Both the position numbers and the translations under genes were made by a program. A stretch of 24,220 bases of DNA from Tubiluchus corallicola (Eukaryota > Animalia > Priapulida). Positions within the stretch are counted from its first letter, which is position 1. The number at the start of each line of letters is the position of its first letter. The stretch covers positions 1 to 24,220 of the forward strand of contig JAQGDQ010001822.1 of NCBI GenBank assembly GCA_030141605.1. Direction: 5' to 3'. The notes under the pieces are model-generated. The model was given only the letters and a program-made list of their open reading frames with translations. It was not told the origin of the DNA and did no database searches. Shown here one piece after another: positions 1 through 24,220 of this stretch.

Positions 1-1639
1 TATGGGGGTTTGGAATAGATAAATTGTTTATATTGTTTATATCAGTTTATATTGTTTTGAATGCACCGTTTATCTAACCTGCATTATGCGTTATTTTTTC
101 TGCAGCTATTTCCTATTGACTTTTTATATGCAGCCATTCCACAGGTGGATAACGCATGTGCATTCCAGGTGCTACGTAAACGCCACTTAATGTTTTATTA
201 GCTGATCATATTGCGTACTTAATTCAATAACACAAAGAATGTTTATTGTGATTCTTGGCAAGTTTTGTCTAATGTTATCATTGTTATGTATTTTAGAATT
301 TTTTAGATTATGTCTTGTGATGTTGTAGTGATCCGAAGAGGAGAATAAGCGACTAAGCATGTTCTTGAAGCATCTTCATTTACAATAAAATTTTCAATTT
401 TATGAATAATATTGCAGGACTTTTTTTTGTTTCATATGGTGTACATTTCAACACATTTTAATTAGTTTTCATTCACAGATGCACAATAAGTAATGATTTA
501 AATTATTTAATTCTATCTCTTCACACTTGTACAATTTATAATGTACAGAGAAAATTGACAAAGCCAGTCTTAAGCTGTACCTCACACTTGTATTTTGCTT
601 TTCCAAATCTAAACAATTATAATAATATAAAAAGCCTCATTTTCCTGCTTACGGACAGTCAAACACAATCTTTTACACAATTTTATGACTGTAACTTCGC
701 TTTTTCTTATGTAGTTATACATTTTGTACTCACTTGAGTAGCATCCAACAACCAAGTTTTGCCCGATTTTTATCTCAACTCTTGTATAAGATGTACAGGT
801 ATAATCAAAAAATCAAATCAAATTCTTTACTGTTTTTCCAACATACAACATCGATTAAAGCTTAGTAGCATAATTATAATAGCCAATCAAATGGGAAGGA
901 GTGGCGAAGAACATGCGTTATCGTATCAGCCACCCCAACTCAGTTCTGTTATAATTATTTTGCATGCAGTGCAGACGATAACTAATCAAAAATAATGAAA
1001 TATTGAATTATGCACTTGTTTACATCTATATAACATAAAAGAAAAATGCCAAAATTTCACATTCTAAATGAGCAAAAAAAAGAAATAATAAAGAAATGAA
1101 TTGTACTAGCATGCTAAATATAGCATAATTTGCATGTAACTCGAATTTAAGGAATTTTAGTAATAACTCGGTATACTCAATAACAAGAAAACATGCATTT
1201 TATGAACGTATTAAAAGTAAGTAAAACAAAAATTCATGAAAAATCGTAACAAAATATAAATGCAATAATGTTAAGCTAATATTATAATTATAAAATTCCA
1301 AGAATATCATCACTACCATTTACATGCAAATCAAAATCATATGTTGCGAAGCATAGAGGTATTAACGTCTGAATATGGCTGAGATACCTCTCTCTATTCC
1401 GTGTCTCATCTGAGAGCTTAGCTTTTAGCAATTAGCATTTGTCATAGCATTTGCTTCTAGAATCCTTGATGATTGTTTGTTATTATGTTCTTCGATCCTA
1501 ATTGTAATCTGATCCCAGACAACCAGTAACAAATGTAAATAATATAATAACAATAATCTTTATTCAAAGTCGGCTTTTGGGTGAACAATTGGGAAAACTC
1601 TCTGGTCTGTTTGTAACCATGGGCTGGTCCACCTCGCAG

Positions 1640-2140
1640 TGCTGGTGGGCTGCAAAAGTTTGGCGTACAAAATTCCCAATGCCCTTACGGGTTTCTACGG
1701 TTGGCGATCACCACTCGCGTGTTATCGCTTTCTGGTTGGTGGATGGAGCACCGAGTAGACGCCTACATCGTTTGTTAAGCATTTTGATTTGTTATGTCTG
1801 TAGCTTTCGTCCAATCACTATCCTGTCTAGTTTACAGCACCGCCCAGTTGACCCGGTAGAGAGTAACAACAAACATGGATGATGGAAACGAGTGTTATAA
1901 AGTTTGGAAAGAATTTTAAGGGCAAATACCGCCATTATTTAGGAATAGGCTAATACGCGAAGAACTCGGTGCAATTCACAATATGAAAGTAACTTGCAGA
2001 GAAAAAGTTTTATGTTGGCTGTTGGTTACTGAAAAGAAAATTGATTATAGAAGTAAAAGAATTAGACATACTGACATACATTCATAGTAACAATAAGCTA
2101 CTGAAAAGTGTATCGCGAGATTTGTCTATGTTCTGAGATT
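1640..2140. promoter_or_regulatory. Probable promoter / 5'UTR region of the ABCA gene
   Basis: CpG-richer stretch with CCAAT at ~1811 and a TCGCGAGA motif at ~2113. A strong GTAAGT donor at 2141 could splice to the AG at 2235-2236, 10 nt before the ATG. Confidence 0.4.
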
Positions 2141-2246
2141 GTAAGTGTGGTGAGCCAGGACAATAGTAATCGTTATGAATATGAAAACTCTGTTTACTTT
2201 TGATAAATTTCATGGTTAATGCGAAATGTGGTACAGGTGATACACG

Positions 2247-22030
<19,784 letters not shown>

Positions 22031-22140
22031 GTAGAGATGTTAAGGTTTTGCATTTAATGTTTGCCGTTAGTACATTCATAGTTGCGTTAATAGATAATGG
22101 GTTTGAAAAGAAAGCGGGGAGAAGTTTGGTTTTGTAGATA

Positions 22141-22766
22141 TAAACCTGAATACCGCTGTGTACATCTACAAAACCAAACATAAACTTCTCCCCGCTTTCT
22201 TTTTAACCCATTATCTACTAACGTAAGACATTACTCAACAAGATTTAACGAATTTCGTATTAAGTATTGCAGGACTGACGCAGCAAGGCACTTCATCACT
22301 AACACTGACCCTAGACTTTGGAATAACATCAACAAATACATAAAAAATTCTTTATCTATAAATAACTTCAAAAGAAATCTTAAAAGTGAAATCTTTTCTA
22401 ATTATACAGAATAAATCAATTTGACTAATTACGCTGCTGTCCCTGTCGGAATCCATTGCGTTGCTGGCTATGTCAATTTTTACATTTCTATAGTTCATGT
22501 TACTTCATACAGATACCATCACATCTTTCTCTTTCTTTCTATTCTCTATTAACCTTTCTTTCTACTCATTTACTGCTCTTTTCTATTACACTCAGTCCAC
22601 ATTCATTTGGGGTGCTCTGAACAAGTAATTACTTCTTGAGTTCCCCACGGGTCATTTGCGGCTTGGCATCTTATGTACATAATAATAAACATGTTATTAA
22701 ATACTTTTATGTACAATGCTGTAATGATCATTGTGGATATATTTAATAAATAAATAAATAAATAAA
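22141..22766 (+). mobile_element. 5'-truncated CR1/L2-group LINE (ORF2 C-terminus + 3'UTR + tail)
   Basis: Translates to ..HYSTRF..CRTD..RLWNNINKYIKNSLSINNFKRNLK..YTE* (stop 22412-22414), typical of CR1-group ORF2 ends; (TAAA)n tail. Confidence 0.85.
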
Positions 22767-23229
22767 AAGTTTCATAGTTTCTACGGAAGCCTAAAATCCA
22801 TCTAGTATATTTTTGCATTTACTCTTTTCTGACATTTTGTCCCATGACCTGCTATATACTATATGTGAGAGACTACTACTTCATGATGCCAAAAGTAAAA
22901 AAAAATCATGTTTGAGTAGCTTTATTATGTTCTATCTGTAAGAAAAATCATAACAAAATATAACAAACTAATTTGAGCCACAAAAGAATTAATTAATAAC
23001 TAGCAAAGGCCCCGTAAAAAAATTTGCTTATAAATACACTTAGAATCAAAAATGCGTGAACATTCTACCTAGTGTTTGTCTGTTTATCTAAGGCAAAGCC
23101 AGCAGCTTTTACTGAATTAAGGTTATAGACAGAGTATAATGGATGTAGTCAGAACAATGGCTTTGCATTAGCAGTTTTCCAACTGAAAATTATGGAAAAT
23201 AGAACATCTAATTAACTCATCAATACTCC

Positions 23230-23730
23230 TCTCGGTGAACGTGTCCTAAAATGCAGCCCATGCCATCGCGTAGCCCTTTTCTTCCTCTTTCTAAAGAGAT
23301 ATACATCTCTTTCCGAGAGTCCCACCAGGCGCCGCTAGAACGTTTTTTCTGCATGCTGTTTGGTCAAAATTTCGAAAAAATCGCGAGTTGGGTCCGGGAA
23401 AACGCGCATTACGGGACGCCGTGGCCCTCTAGCAAATTCTAGATATGCCTATGGCACCCACCGCTGAACGGCCTATCTATCCATGGCCGGCACCACCCAT
23501 GGCCCGTTCCCTTTCTTCAGATCTCAGACGTATAACTTTTGCAAAAAACGGCCGAAAAATGGCCATTTTTGGAGGTTTTTTGCCCCCCCGTTTGTTCCGG
23601 TCGGCCCGATTCAAAAATAAGCTCCCAATGGCATGACACTAGATCGAGACCTTTCGTTTGAGGTATAGATCGCCGCAAATGGTGCCGTAGTCGAAGCTGT
23701 AGCCTTGAATCTTATATATATATATATAAC
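23230..23730. mobile_element. GC-rich repeat-like segment, possibly a non-autonomous Helitron/Helentron-type element
   Basis: Abrupt rise in GC/CpG; CCGATT...TAGATCGAGACCTTTC motif and an (AT)n end resemble such elements; no TSD found. Confidence 0.3.
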
Positions 23731-24131
23731 ATACTAGTAGAATTAATATATAGAGTAGGTGTGTGCTCATATACCTACTGTCACTACTTGCTTTATTGCA
23801 GTAGATAAATTTGCTTAATGAGTAATTAACTAATGACTCATTCAATTAACATAAGTAATTAACTAAATTAAGCTATTAATACTACCTAAGTATAGGATAC
23901 ACACAAAATCATACTAGACTACAGTCAACTATATTAAAAGGGGTTGCAATGCTGCTCGGTAGTTCTTATATTCCACACTGACGTCACGGACGTCACAGCA
24001 ACTTATATTCTGGGTATATTTTTCTTGTACATATATAATTGTTGCTAGCTCCATAATAATTATATTTTCATTTTGAGTACAACTACACTATCAAGCCTTG
24101 AAAATATGTAATGGCAACCAATAACCTAAAT

Positions 24132-24220
24132 CAGGGGTGTGCAAATTGCGGCCCGCGGGCCACTTGCGGCTCGCCGAGAGATTTTGTGCGGCCCGCAAAG
24201 AGGTTTGTCAACCTAATGAA
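24132..24220. mobile_element. Second copy of the hAT MITE, cut by the window end
   Basis: CAGGGGTGTGCAAATTGCGGCCCGCGGGCCAC, as at 10800. Confidence 0.88.

Noticed and set aside
130-390. Possible last exons of an upstream gene (..AG|ATTATGTCTTGTGA then AATAAA at ~384)
   Set aside because: Too short to recognise any protein; cannot be supported from this window
1577-1882. 101-aa ORF upstream of the gene
   Set aside because: TTG start, no recognisable domain; lies in the promoter-like GC-richer region

Overview
AT-rich eukaryotic (probably invertebrate animal) genomic DNA. A single + strand multi-exon gene spans the window: the N-terminal half of an ABCA-subfamily (ABCA5-like) lipid transporter. 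Twelve GT-AG coding exons between 2247 and 22030 join in phase to 645 codons, covering TM1, the extracellular domain, TMD1, Walker A, the Q-loop and the LSGGQ signature. The gene continues past the window end. The introns are packed with repeats. Best finding: two copies of a ~500-bp non-autonomous RTE-derived retroelement whose 5' end is a twister self-cleaving ribozyme; in one copy the target-site duplication begins exactly at the predicted cleavage site. Also present: an inverted pair of Penelope-like hammerhead cores; a solo LTR with heat-shock elements plus two fragments of it, each just behind a splice donor; hAT and pogo-like MITEs; CR1/L2 LINE remnants; and five minisatellites. Three of the minisatellites can be traced to their source: a splice acceptor, a SINE B-box segment and a LINE 3'UTR. 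All calls were made by eye; no database search was run.
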